Shown piece by piece: positions 48,762-58,051 of a stretch of 64,000 bases of DNA. Source of the stretch: a bacterium (GTDB taxonomy: Bacteria; Zhuqueibacterota; Zhuqueibacteria; Residuimicrobiales; Krinioviventaceae); the NCBI GenBank assembly GCA_963675755.2, contig CAXXMD010000003.1, positions 2,304,001 to 2,368,000 on the forward strand. The letters run 5' to 3'. Position numbers and translations under genes: made by a program. The notes below the pieces were generated by a model, which did not search any database, had not been told where the DNA came from, and saw only the letters and a list, made by a program, of their open reading frames with translations. The stretch's first letter is position 1, and the number at the start of each line of letters is the position of its first letter.

Positions 48762-51515
48762 TTGGATATGTTGAAATATAGATTTGTGGTATGGACTGTT
48801 TTGATTACAGCGGTATCTCTATTGGCTCAGACTACCGAGATCCAATACCTGTCCGGAACGGGAAATGACAATACGGTAAAATGGAATTTTATGGTTACCG
48901 GCGGCCAACACAGCAATAAATGGACAAAGATACCGGTGCCATCCTGTTGGGAATTGCAGGGATTTGGCAATTACAACTATGGTCGGCAGCTTCCCCATGC
49001 AGACGAGCAGGGGAAATATCGTTATGCTTTTATGGTGCCGCAAAGCTGGCACAGTAAAAAGATCGAATTGGTATTTGAAGGCTCTATGACCGATACCGAG
49101 GTATGGATCAATGGCATGTCAGCAGGCCCTGTGCACAAGGGTGCATTTTATCGTTTCAGTTATGACATCACCCGGCTGGTACGCGCCGGTGAAGAAAATA
49201 TGCTGGAAGTAACCGTGAGCAAAAAATCATCAAACGAATCTGTAAACCTGGCAGAGCGGGTAGCGGATTTTTGGATATTCGGCGGCATATTCAGGCCGGT
49301 GTATTTACGCGGGCTGCCCTGGGAGCATGTGGACCGTGTTGCCATTGACGCTCAAGCGGATGGTTCTTTTGCCGTGGACGTGTTTCTCGAAAATATTGAA
49401 TTGGCAAAACAGGTGGAATGCCAGATCAAAACCAAAGAGGGTCAGAATGTTGGCGGGCCATTTTCTACACAGATCAATAAAAATGACACCCATGTGAGAT
49501 TGACCACCCAGATCGAAAATCCCCAATTGTGGACTGCGGAAACTCCAAATCTGTATGTTGCAGAAATCCGGTTAAAAGCAGCGGATGAAATGCACATGAC
49601 CTCGCAAAAATTCGGATTCCGCACGGTTGAGGTCCGTAAAGGCGATGGGATTTATGTCAACAATGTCAAAGTGCATTTAAAAGGTGTAAACCGGCACTCA
49701 TTTTGGCCGGAAAGCGGACGTACATTGAGCAAGGCCATCAGTATTGAGGATGTAAACCTGATCAAAGATATGAATATGAATGCGGTGCGCATGTCTCATT
49801 ATCCTCCTGACGCGCATTTTCTGGATGTGTGTGATTCTCTGGGGTTGTTTGTTCTGGATGAATTGACCGGCTGGCAGGCAGCCTATGATACTGAAACCGG
49901 AAAACGACTGGTTAAAGAACTGGTTACGCGCGATGTAAACCATCCTTGTATTTTGTTCTGGGACAATGGAAACGAAGGTGGGTTCAATTATGAACTGGTG
50001 CCCGAGTTTTCCAAATGGGACCCGCAAAAGCGAAATGTACTGCATCCATGGGAAACAGCGAGTGGGATCAATACATCGCATTACCAGGATTTTGAAATGT
50101 TTCGCAAAATGCTGGACGATGGGCCGGACCTGCTGATGCCCACCGAGATCTGGCATGGATTGTATGATGGCGGCCATGGTGCGGGATTGCAGGATTATTG
50201 GGACATGGCATATAATAAAAAGTACAATGCCGGTGGTTTTTCATGGGTGTTTGCAGATGAAGGTGTGGTCAGAACAGACAAGAACAATATACTTGACAAT
50301 GCCGGCAATCAGGCCCCGGACGGCATAGTGGGTCCTCATCACGAAAAAGAGGCCAGTTTCTTTGCCATCAAAGAGATTTATTCTCCTGTGTATATCGTTG
50401 AAAAAACACTGGATAGTAGTTTTGATGGAGCTATTCCGGTGGAAAACCGCTATTACTATACCAATCTTGATCAATGCAGTTTCAGCGCGTGGTTGGGCAA
50501 CTTTCCCGGTCCCTTTGATGATGCGGAAGGACTCGCTTCACGCATGGATGTACAGATCGCTCCGGTGAGTTGTGCACCTGGTGAAAAGTCTCAACTATTA
50601 CTGGAATTACCGAATAATTTTTCAGAGTATGATGTCTTGTACGTGAATGCAAAAGCAAAAACCGGACGGGATATTTATACCTGGAGCTTTCCGTTACAAA
50701 AATCCAGGAAATATGTTGATCCGGTAGTGGATGTCAAGAATGGTAAAATTCAAGCCGATACCAGCGGCAATAATTTGATCGTTAAAGCCGGTAACATGGA
50801 ATATGTTTTTGAAACCCGTCGCGGCAAGCTGCGCTCAGTCAAAAAAGATGGCAATACAATTTCGTTCAACAATGGTCCCCGGTTGGCTGCTGGCGGTGAT
50901 CGTCCCGCAACGGTCCATTATGGTGATGAAAATGGTGCCTATGTGATTGAAAGTGACTTCCATTCCGGGAATTTCATCCATCTGAAATGGACGGTTTACG
51001 CATCTGGCTGGTTGAAATTGGACTATCTGTATCGATTGTACGGATATCATGATTTTATGGGCGTATCCTTTGATTATCCTGAAGAGATGGTGCAGGGAAT
51101 GAAATGGCTGGGTATGGGGCCTTATCGTGTCTGGAAGAACCGTACCGCTGGTGTAATGCTGAATGTATGGCAAAACGATTACAACGATACCACTCCCGGC
51201 GAGTCGTGGGATTATCCCGAGTTTAAGGGCTATTATGATGCCTTTCACTGGGTGGTGATTGATACAAAAGAAGGCCAAATCACAGTCATGACTGATCAGG
51301 ATGATCTGTACCTGCGCATGCTGACACCCAACCTGGGCAAAGATGCAAGGACTGCAACGGCGCCCTTTCCGGGAGGAGATATTTCGTTTCTGCATGGTAT
51401 ATCTCCTATTGGTACAAAATTCAGAGATGCTGTGAATACAGGTCCCCACGGCGTACCTTATGAAGCAAATGGAGATTACACCGGAACATTGTATTTTTAT
51501 TTTGGAGAAAAGTAA
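48762..51515 (+). CDS. Secreted GH2 beta-galactosidase-like glycoside hydrolase
   Basis: GGIFRPV, LWTAETPNLY, GFR, KGVNRH, NAVRMSHYP, WDNGNE (acid/base), PTE (nucleophile region). Confidence 0.9.
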   Translation: MDMLKYRFVVWTVLITAVSLLAQTTEIQYLSGTGNDNTVKWNFMVTGGQHSNKWTKIPVPSCWELQGFGNYNYGRQLPHADEQGKYRYAFMVPQSWHSKKIELVFEGSMTDTEVWINGMSAGPVHKGAFYRFSYDITRLVRAGEENMLEVTVSKKSSNESVNLAERVADFWIFGGIFRPVYLRGLPWEHVDRVAIDAQADGSFAVDVFLENIELAKQVECQIKTKEGQNVGGPFSTQINKNDTHVRLTTQIENPQLWTAETPNLYVAEIRLKAADEMHMTSQKFGFRTVEVRKGDGIYVNNVKVHLKGVNRHSFWPESGRTLSKAISIEDVNLIKDMNMNAVRMSHYPPDAHFLDVCDSLGLFVLDELTGWQAAYDTETGKRLVKELVTRDVNHPCILFWDNGNEGGFNYELVPEFSKWDPQKRNVLHPWETASGINTSHYQDFEMFRKMLDDGPDLLMPTEIWHGLYDGGHGAGLQDYWDMAYNKKYNAGGFSWVFADEGVVRTDKNNILDNAGNQAPDGIVGPHHEKEASFFAIKEIYSPVYIVEKTLDSSFDGAIPVENRYYYTNLDQCSFSAWLGNFPGPFDDAEGLASRMDVQIAPVSCAPGEKSQLLLELPNNFSEYDVLYVNAKAKTGRDIYTWSFPLQKSRKYVDPVVDVKNGKIQADTSGNNLIVKAGNMEYVFETRRGKLRSVKKDGNTISFNNGPRLAAGGDRPATVHYGDENGAYVIESDFHSGNFIHLKWTVYASGWLKLDYLYRLYGYHDFMGVSFDYPEEMVQGMKWLGMGPYRVWKNRTAGVMLNVWQNDYNDTTPGESWDYPEFKGYYDAFHWVVIDTKEGQITVMTDQDDLYLRMLTPNLGKDARTATAPFPGGDISFLHGISPIGTKFRDAVNTGPHGVPYEANGDYTGTLYFYFGEK

Positions 51516-51621
51516 AAAATATCGGATGAATTTTGTTCATCTGGTTGTTCATAAGGTGTTGTGATTCTCCCGAAATACTGTTAAATTGTTTGAATTAAAT
51601 ACATGAATATGAGGAGTTAAT

Positions 51622-52641
51622 GTGAGTAAGCTGATAGACAAATATTTTAAACGTGGACGTGATTTTTTTGGTATAGAATATCCTATTATCAGTGGAGCAA
51701 TGACCTGGATCAGTGATCCCAAACTGGTTTCAACTGTGTCCAATGCCGGTGGTTTGGGCTGTCTGGCGGGCGGCAATACGCCTCCTGAAATTCTGGAAGC
51801 ACAGATCAAAGAAACCCGGTCATTAACAAGTAATCCCTTTGCAGTAAACCTGATAACCATTGCACCGGCTTATCAGACCCATCTTGAACTGGTGCGCGAT
51901 TTAAAGCTGCCTTATGTAATCTTTGCCGGTGGTATACCCGGTAAAGATGATATTCAAAAAGTCAAAGATACAGGCGCAACGGTATTGTGTTTTGCGTCTA
52001 CCGAGTCTATTGCCAAACGTATGGTACGTTATGGCGCGGAAGGACTGATTCTTGAAGGTATGGAAGCCGGCGGTCATGTGGGACATGTAAGTCTGGCGAT
52101 TTTGCTGCAGCAGGTTTTGTTCGAGGTCAAGGATGTACCTGTTTTTGTAGCCGGAGGCATTGCAACCGGTAAAATGAGCGCGCATCTGTTTTTAATGGGA
52201 GCAGCAGGTGTTCAAATGGGTACCCGTTTCGCAGTTGCGGAAGAAAGTGTGGCCCATGAAAAATTTAAAGAAAAATTTATCCGTTCAAACGCTCGCGACG
52301 CGGTTTCAACACCGCAATTCGACAGCCGCTTGCCGGTTGTTGCTGTGCGTGCGTTACGCAACAAAGGCCACGATGAGTTTGGTGATTTGCAGCTTGATCT
52401 TATTAAACAATTGAATGACGGTAAAATTACACGTGTTGATGCACAGATGAAAGTAGAAGAATTCTGGATGGGCGCTTTGCGCCGAGCGGTTATTGATGGT
52501 GATGTAATGCGCGGTTCTCTCATGGCAGGTCAGTCAGTTGGACTCATTAATAAAGTCCAGTCAGTTAAAGAAATTATTGACGAGCTGGTTGAAGAGATTG
52601 AAGAAGAATTGCAATCGGTGAAACGTGATTTGAACAGTTAA
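51622..52641 (+). CDS. Nitronate monooxygenase / FabK-like enoyl-ACP reductase flavoprotein
   Basis: GIEYPIISGAM, VSNAGGLG, EGMEAGGHVG, AGGIATG, GVQMGTRF, MAGQSVG. Confidence 0.85.
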   Translation: MSKLIDKYFKRGRDFFGIEYPIISGAMTWISDPKLVSTVSNAGGLGCLAGGNTPPEILEAQIKETRSLTSNPFAVNLITIAPAYQTHLELVRDLKLPYVIFAGGIPGKDDIQKVKDTGATVLCFASTESIAKRMVRYGAEGLILEGMEAGGHVGHVSLAILLQQVLFEVKDVPVFVAGGIATGKMSAHLFLMGAAGVQMGTRFAVAEESVAHEKFKEKFIRSNARDAVSTPQFDSRLPVVAVRALRNKGHDEFGDLQLDLIKQLNDGKITRVDAQMKVEEFWMGALRRAVIDGDVMRGSLMAGQSVGLINKVQSVKEIIDELVEEIEEELQSVKRDLNS

Positions 52642-52659
52642 TCAAGTTAAAATATTTAG

Positions 52660-52698
52660 AAAAAGCCCTGTAAAGTATCTACTCTACAGGGCTTTTTT
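52660..52698. terminator. Bidirectional Rho-independent terminator
   Basis: AAAAAGCCCTGTA...TACAGGGCTTTTTT between convergent genes. Confidence 0.88.
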
Positions 52699-52726
52699 GT
52701 TTCTATTGAACAACCGGAACCGGGTT

Positions 52727-53239
52727 TCATTTCCGCTTATAGACGAGTTCTATCAGTCCCTGAGACAATTGCCGGTTTGAAATGGGCTGTAACTGCTCTT
52801 CCTCAAGGGGCGTTGTAAACAGGGGAATACCTTCTCCCAGCCATACGGGATGCACATACAACCAGTACTCGTCGATGAGATTGTATTGACGAAACTGGGA
52901 GGCAATCTGGGAACCACCCATGAGCCATATATCACCTTTTGCGGATTCACGGATTTCTTTGTAAACCTGGTCAGCTTGTCCATTTATTGTAATTATAGCC
53001 CCTGGGGGATTTTTGATCTCTTTATGTGTCATTACATAACAGGTTTTGCCCTCGTAGGGCCAGAATCCGCAATTTTCTACAAAATTATAGGATTCCCGTC
53101 CCATGATGATGGTATCAATGGATTGGAGAAACTCTTCGTATCCTGTATCCTCTGCCTGGGCCAACCAGTCCACACCACCGTCTTTGCGGGCAATGTACCC
53201 GTCAAGGCTGGTGGCTACATAGAGAATGAGTTTTGACAT
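52727..53239 (-). CDS. Dihydrofolate reductase family (RibD C-terminal-like) protein
   Basis: ATSLDGYIA, MGR, IWLMGG, LIDEY, PVWLGEGIPLF. Confidence 0.88.
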   Translation of the reverse strand: MSKLILYVATSLDGYIARKDGGVDWLAQAEDTGYEEFLQSIDTIIMGRESYNFVENCGFWPYEGKTCYVMTHKEIKNPPGAIITINGQADQVYKEIRESAKGDIWLMGGSQIASQFRQYNLIDEYWLYVHPVWLGEGIPLFTTPLEEEQLQPISNRQLSQGLIELVYKRK

Positions 53240-53250
53240 ATACGCCCTTC

Positions 53251-53796
53251 TTATCGGGTTTGAATAGTGTTGATGAAATCCTCAGGATTGTAACCCTGTT
53301 CCGTCAGAATGGCATCAATTTGCTGCCGGGTTTCATCGTTGATTTGCGGTGTACGGGCGAGTATCCAGCCGTATTTTCGCTCCGGGTGACCCACAATAGC
53401 CCACTGGTAATTTTCATCCAGGCCAATAATCCAATAGTCGCCCCAGAACCAGTTACGCCAAAAGAACCGCACAAAACTCACCTGTAATTTGGCATTGCTT
53501 TGCGTATCTACAATTCTGGCCCGGCCTTTGGCATCCATTTCCTGACCGTTTTCTTTATAACAGCGATTTATAACCCGAATACTGCCATTGTCCATCAGGG
53601 TATAATTTGCTGTGGTACCAAAGGCGCATTTTTTCTGGAACCGGTTCGGCAGTTTGGCAATCTCGTACCAGGTGCCGGTATAGCGTTCAAGGTCCACATG
53701 CTTTACCGTTTCGGGTGGATTTACAGCGAACACGGAACCGGTTGAAAAGAGAGTAGTTATCAATGCAGAGTAAAATATGTTTTTCATTGTTAGCAA
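53251..53796 (-). CDS. Bacterial lipocalin (Blc family)
   Basis: DLERYTGTWYEIA, DYWII, WILAR. Confidence 0.9.
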   Translation of the reverse strand: MLTMKNIFYSALITTLFSTGSVFAVNPPETVKHVDLERYTGTWYEIAKLPNRFQKKCAFGTTANYTLMDNGSIRVINRCYKENGQEMDAKGRARIVDTQSNAKLQVSFVRFFWRNWFWGDYWIIGLDENYQWAIVGHPERKYGWILARTPQINDETRQQIDAILTEQGYNPEDFINTIQTR

Positions 53797-53851
53797 TCCT
53801 TTAATTAATCAAATTGAGTAACAAATCAATGATTATTGCTATTCAATAAAG

Positions 53852-53889
53852 TTGTGATTTTGCGAAAAAAGTGTATATTGAAATATACA
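53852..53889 (+). promoter_or_regulatory. Putative promoter with overlapping palindrome
   Basis: TTGTGA, 16 bp, TATATT; palindrome TGTATATT-GA-AATATACA at 53872-53889. Confidence 0.45.
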
Positions 53890-53944
53890 AATTCATAGCT
53901 GACAATGGTCTGCGTGGGGATTCATCAAACAAGGGGTTGTTCAA

Positions 53945-54259
53945 ATGTTAATGTATTTTTATTATGCCGGAGCGGTTGCCTGGATCATTTTATTGTTAGA
54001 ATTTTTCCTTTTCCCATTTGGGATTTTTTCTCTGATTTTGTACAAAAAAACAGGATTGCTCAAAGTTAACTTTTTTCTCTCATTCCTGCCTACAGTGTTA
54101 GGGCTGATAGGTGGATTGATGAATGTTATGAGTACGAGTCCAGTTGTAGAGAGCAAAGCTTTACTGTTTTGGTATGCTTTACGAGTGGGTATCATATTTA
54201 GCATACCCTTGTGGATTTTTGCTTTGGTTGGTTATTATCTAAACCGCAGGCATGGTTGA
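53945..54259 (+). CDS. Hypothetical membrane protein (about 3 TM)
   Basis: 104 aa, hydrophobic; overlaps the start of the RDD gene. Confidence 0.6.
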   Translation: MLMYFYYAGAVAWIILLLEFFLFPFGIFSLILYKKTGLLKVNFFLSFLPTVLGLIGGLMNVMSTSPVVESKALLFWYALRVGIIFSIPLWIFALVGYYLNRRHG

Positions 54260-54698
54260 TAAAAAATACAATTCTGATTTGCTGATATTGTGCATTCAAC
54301 GGATTGCAGCCGGAATAATAGATTACATTCCGTTCTCAATAGTTTGTATTATACTGAATATTGTCTTTATATCAATCCCTGCAGGTGAAATGTATTATGA
54401 AAGAAATCCGAATAATATTCTTATTGATGTAATAGATTTATTTATCTATTTGATTTATTATATTGTGATGGAAAGTTCTTCAAAACAGGCCAACCTGGGT
54501 AAGATCAGCATGGGGATTAAAGTGACGGACATGGAGGGTAATCGGCCTGGTGTAATGAAATGCATCATCCGCAATTTGATGAAAATTGTAACCATACTAA
54601 CCCTGGGTGTTGGATACCTCGTCATGTTGACCACAAAGAACAACCAAACCCTGCACGACATGCCTGCCAAATGCAGGGTAGTCAGTAATAAAAATTGA
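54252..54698 (+). CDS. RDD family membrane protein
   Basis: RIAAGIID, LGK..MGIKV, IIRNL, QTLHD...RVV. Confidence 0.88.
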   Translation: MVDKKYNSDLLILCIQRIAAGIIDYIPFSIVCIILNIVFISIPAGEMYYERNPNNILIDVIDLFIYLIYYIVMESSSKQANLGKISMGIKVTDMEGNRPGVMKCIIRNLMKIVTILTLGVGYLVMLTTKNNQTLHDMPAKCRVVSNKN

Positions 54699-54760
54699 TG
54701 ATTTTATGAAAAATTTTTTTATCTTTTGATATCATATGCCAAGAATATCAAGAGGAAAAG

Positions 54761-55915
54761 ATGAAAAAAGTGACACTGTTGTTTCTGATTTGTTTAACTG
54801 TATCTATTGTTATGGCTGCTCCTGAAGCAGAGATCCTTTCTGAAAAAGTTATATGTCAACAACCTGGCCGTTACATTGGCTGGCCCACCATTGAAAAGGG
54901 AAAAGACGGTACGCTGTATGTAGTTTTCTCCGGAGATCGTGACTCGCATGTTTGTCCCTGGGGCATGACCCAGATGATCACCAGTACAGACAATGGCGCC
55001 ACCTGGTCCGATCCGGTTACCATCAACAATACACCGCTTGATGATCGTGATGCCGGCATCATGCGTACTCGTAACAATACCCTGATTGTGAGCTGGTTTA
55101 CTTCACTTGAATTTGCTTACCAGTTTGAAGAAAAATGGCAGAATTATACAAAGGAACGTGTGTTGAGCTGGCAGCGTCATATCGAGAAAATCAGTCCGGA
55201 AACCCGCGAACAGTGGCTGGGCAACTGGGTACGCCGCTCCACTGATGGCGGGTTAACATGGGGAGAATATATCGATTCAAAAGTAACTGCACCACACGGT
55301 CCTGTTCAGCTTGCGGATGGTCGACAATTGTATGTAGGAATCAATAAAAAAGTAGGTGACCGGAAAAGTACGAAACCTGCAAAAGCGCATCGTATTGCTG
55401 CAGCAGAATCACATGATGATGGTAAAAGCTGGCAGATCGTTGGCTATGTCCCTGTTCCAGAAATATACAGCCGATCAGGCTCTTTTAGTGAACCGCATGT
55501 TGTTGAAGCGGCAGATGGCAGGCTGGTAGCTATGTTCCGATACAGCGGAGAGCCTAACCATTATGAATTGATACAGTCCGAAAGTTTCGACGGCGGCGTG
55601 ACCTGGACCCCTCTGCACACATCCGGTATTTGGGGATATCCCCCGCATCTCACTTGTCTCAGTAATGACTGGCTGCTGGTTACCTATGGATACCGTAAAG
55701 AACCCTATGGTGAGCGTGCCTGTATCAGTCGTGACAATGGCACGACCTGGGATGTAGACAATGCATTTATTCTGTCATCCGCAAACAATAGTGATTTGGG
55801 GTATCCCGCATCGGTCCAACTGGATGATGGCTCCATATATACGATATATTACCAGGCACCTGAACGCAGAGAGATGACGGTATTAAAGGCAACTCACTGG
55901 CGGATTAAAGAATAA
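54761..55915 (+). CDS. Secreted BNR/Asp-box sialidase-like protein (copy 1)
   Basis: Signal peptide; Asp boxes STDNGATW, STDGGLTW, SHDDGKSW, SFDGGVTW, SRDNGTTW; DLGYP. Confidence 0.8.
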   Translation: MKKVTLLFLICLTVSIVMAAPEAEILSEKVICQQPGRYIGWPTIEKGKDGTLYVVFSGDRDSHVCPWGMTQMITSTDNGATWSDPVTINNTPLDDRDAGIMRTRNNTLIVSWFTSLEFAYQFEEKWQNYTKERVLSWQRHIEKISPETREQWLGNWVRRSTDGGLTWGEYIDSKVTAPHGPVQLADGRQLYVGINKKVGDRKSTKPAKAHRIAAAESHDDGKSWQIVGYVPVPEIYSRSGSFSEPHVVEAADGRLVAMFRYSGEPNHYELIQSESFDGGVTWTPLHTSGIWGYPPHLTCLSNDWLLVTYGYRKEPYGERACISRDNGTTWDVDNAFILSSANNSDLGYPASVQLDDGSIYTIYYQAPERREMTVLKATHWRIKE

Positions 55916-55947
55916 GTTGATTTAAAAATAGAATTTGTGAGGATTTT

Positions 55948-57105
55948 ATGAAAAAAATGACCCTGTTGATCCTGATCTGTTTTGCTGTATCAATTGCTGT
56001 GGCAGCTCCTAAAGCAGAGATCCTTTCAGAAAAGGTTATCTGTCAGCAGCCGGACCGCTACATTGGCTGGCCTACCATTGATAAAGGAGAGGATGGAACA
56101 CTGTATGTGGTATTTTCCGGTGACCGTGAATCACATGTTTGTCCGTGGGGAGTGACCCAGATGATCACCAGTACGGACAATGGCGCTACCTGGTCTGATC
56201 CGGTTACCATCAACAATACACCGCTTGATGATCGTGATGCCGGCATTTTGCGAACACGGAATAATACGCTCATTGTAAGCTGGTTTACTTCATTAGCATT
56301 TGCTTATCAGTTTGAAAGAAAATGGCAGGACTATACAAAAGAACGGGTACTGAGCTGGAAACGCCATATTGAAAAGATTGGTCCTGATACTCGTGAACAA
56401 TGGATAGGTAACTGGGTGCGTCGTTCTACCGACGGCGGATTGACCTGGGGCGATTATATTGACTCCAAAGTAAGTGCGCCTCATGGTCCTGTTCAGTTAA
56501 CCGATGGCCGCCAACTATATGTGGGTATCAATAAAAAAGTGGGAGATCAGAACAGCGCGAGTCCTGCAGCCGCACATAGAATCGCTGCGGCAGAATCCCG
56601 TGATGACGGCAAAAGCTGGCAGATTATTGGTTATATTCCCATCCCTGAATTTTTTGATCCCGGTGCTAAAGATTTTCATGAACCGCATGTAATAGAAGCA
56701 GCCGATGGAAGGCTGGTTGCCATGATCCGTTACCATGGAGAACCACATCATTATGAATTGATCCAGTCCGAGAGTTTTGATGGCGGTGTTACCTGGACAC
56801 CTGCACATACATCCGGTATTTGGGGTTATCCGCCTCATTTAGCGCGCCTCAACAATGGCTGGCTGCTGGTGACCTATGGATACCGTAAAGAACCCTATGG
56901 TGAACGCGCCTGTATTAGTCGTGACAATGGCGAAACCTGGGATGTTGACAATGTTTTTACCTTGTCATCTGCTACCAATAGTGATTTGGGGTATCCTGCA
57001 TCCGTACAACTGGATGATGGATCTATCTATTCGATATATTATCAGTCGCCAAAGCGTGGTGAAATGACGGTTTTAAAAGCAACACACTGGCGAATAAAAG
57101 AGTAA
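55948..57105 (+). CDS. Secreted BNR/Asp-box sialidase-like protein (copy 2)
   Basis: Tandem paralog of 54761-55915 with the same motifs. Confidence 0.8.
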   Translation: MKKMTLLILICFAVSIAVAAPKAEILSEKVICQQPDRYIGWPTIDKGEDGTLYVVFSGDRESHVCPWGVTQMITSTDNGATWSDPVTINNTPLDDRDAGILRTRNNTLIVSWFTSLAFAYQFERKWQDYTKERVLSWKRHIEKIGPDTREQWIGNWVRRSTDGGLTWGDYIDSKVSAPHGPVQLTDGRQLYVGINKKVGDQNSASPAAAHRIAAAESRDDGKSWQIIGYIPIPEFFDPGAKDFHEPHVIEAADGRLVAMIRYHGEPHHYELIQSESFDGGVTWTPAHTSGIWGYPPHLARLNNGWLLVTYGYRKEPYGERACISRDNGETWDVDNVFTLSSATNSDLGYPASVQLDDGSIYSIYYQSPKRGEMTVLKATHWRIKE

Positions 57106-57164
57106 ACATATAGTACGAAAAATAATTTGTGCAGTTGTTTTTATATCTGTATTTTGGTGAATTG

Positions 57165-57250
57165 GAAAGCTATTGTTGCTAAAAAGATTTTTGCATTCAA
57201 AAATAAATTGGTTATATTTTTAATCGAGTTGAATTAGAACAATAGCTTTC
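57165..57250 (+). promoter_or_regulatory. Promoter-like sequence enclosed by 13-bp inverted repeats
   Basis: GAAAGCTATTGTT (57165-57177) and AACAATAGCTTTC (57238-57250) enclose TTGCAT, 16 bp, TATATT. Confidence 0.55.
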
Positions 57251-57390
57251 ACATCCTGTTCAACCCCGTTAACACATTCAAGCATTTTAGATATGATTCC
57301 GGTTTTGTATTGAATGATGAGATAATGTTTTAATATATAATTAGCGTTTATCAAGATACATGTGAAAGCAATATATGGTTCAATACCAGC

Positions 57391-57954
57391 ATGAATACAA
57401 ATAATGCTCTGGAATTAACAGATTTTCAAATTGAAAAGATCCGAAACAAAGATGTTGATGCTTTTGAGATTCTTTTCAAAACTTTTTATAAACCATTATT
57501 ACAATTTGCATATAGATATTTAAATGATGTTGATATGTGCAAGGATGTTGTGCAAGAGGTGTTTTATAAAATTTGGGAAAACAGTGAAAATCTGGATTCT
57601 GCTAAAAATATAAAATCTTATCTGTTTACCGCTGTAAGAAATCAATGCTTGAAGAAAATTCAAAAATTGAATATAGAACGTGAATATGCGTCCTCATATA
57701 TAAGTTTGCATGATGATATCCGACATATTGAAGATCACGTCCATGCCAAAGAGCTTGAAAAACAAATCAATGACGTTATAGATAAATTGCCCGAAAAAGG
57801 TAAAATGATATTTTGTTTGAGCCGGTTTGACAAATTAACATATGCCGAAATTGCAAAAGTTTTGGATATATCTGTTAAAACGGTTGAAACCCACATGTCC
57901 CGCGCACTAAAAGCAATACAACCTGCATTAGTCAAGCTTTTAGAAAAAATCTAG
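57391..57954 (+). CDS. ECF RNA polymerase sigma-70 factor (Bacteroidetes-expansion type)
   Basis: DVVQEVFYKIW, KSYLFTAVRN, LTYAEIA..LDISVKTVETHMSRALK. Confidence 0.93.
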   Translation: MNTNNALELTDFQIEKIRNKDVDAFEILFKTFYKPLLQFAYRYLNDVDMCKDVVQEVFYKIWENSENLDSAKNIKSYLFTAVRNQCLKKIQKLNIEREYASSYISLHDDIRHIEDHVHAKELEKQINDVIDKLPEKGKMIFCLSRFDKLTYAEIAKVLDISVKTVETHMSRALKAIQPALVKLLEKI

Positions 57955-58051
57955 AAAAAGCTAAAAAATTTTAAAATGTTGTAGGGGTGTTTTGTTCCCT
58001 CAAAGGTATTATTATTAAAGGATAACGATAATACCAAACTTGAGGCGATTC

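Noticed and set aside
57981-58010. GTAGGGG...GGTATT as the ECF-dependent promoter of fecR
   Set aside because: Position and look are suggestive, but one instance is not enough to support a call.
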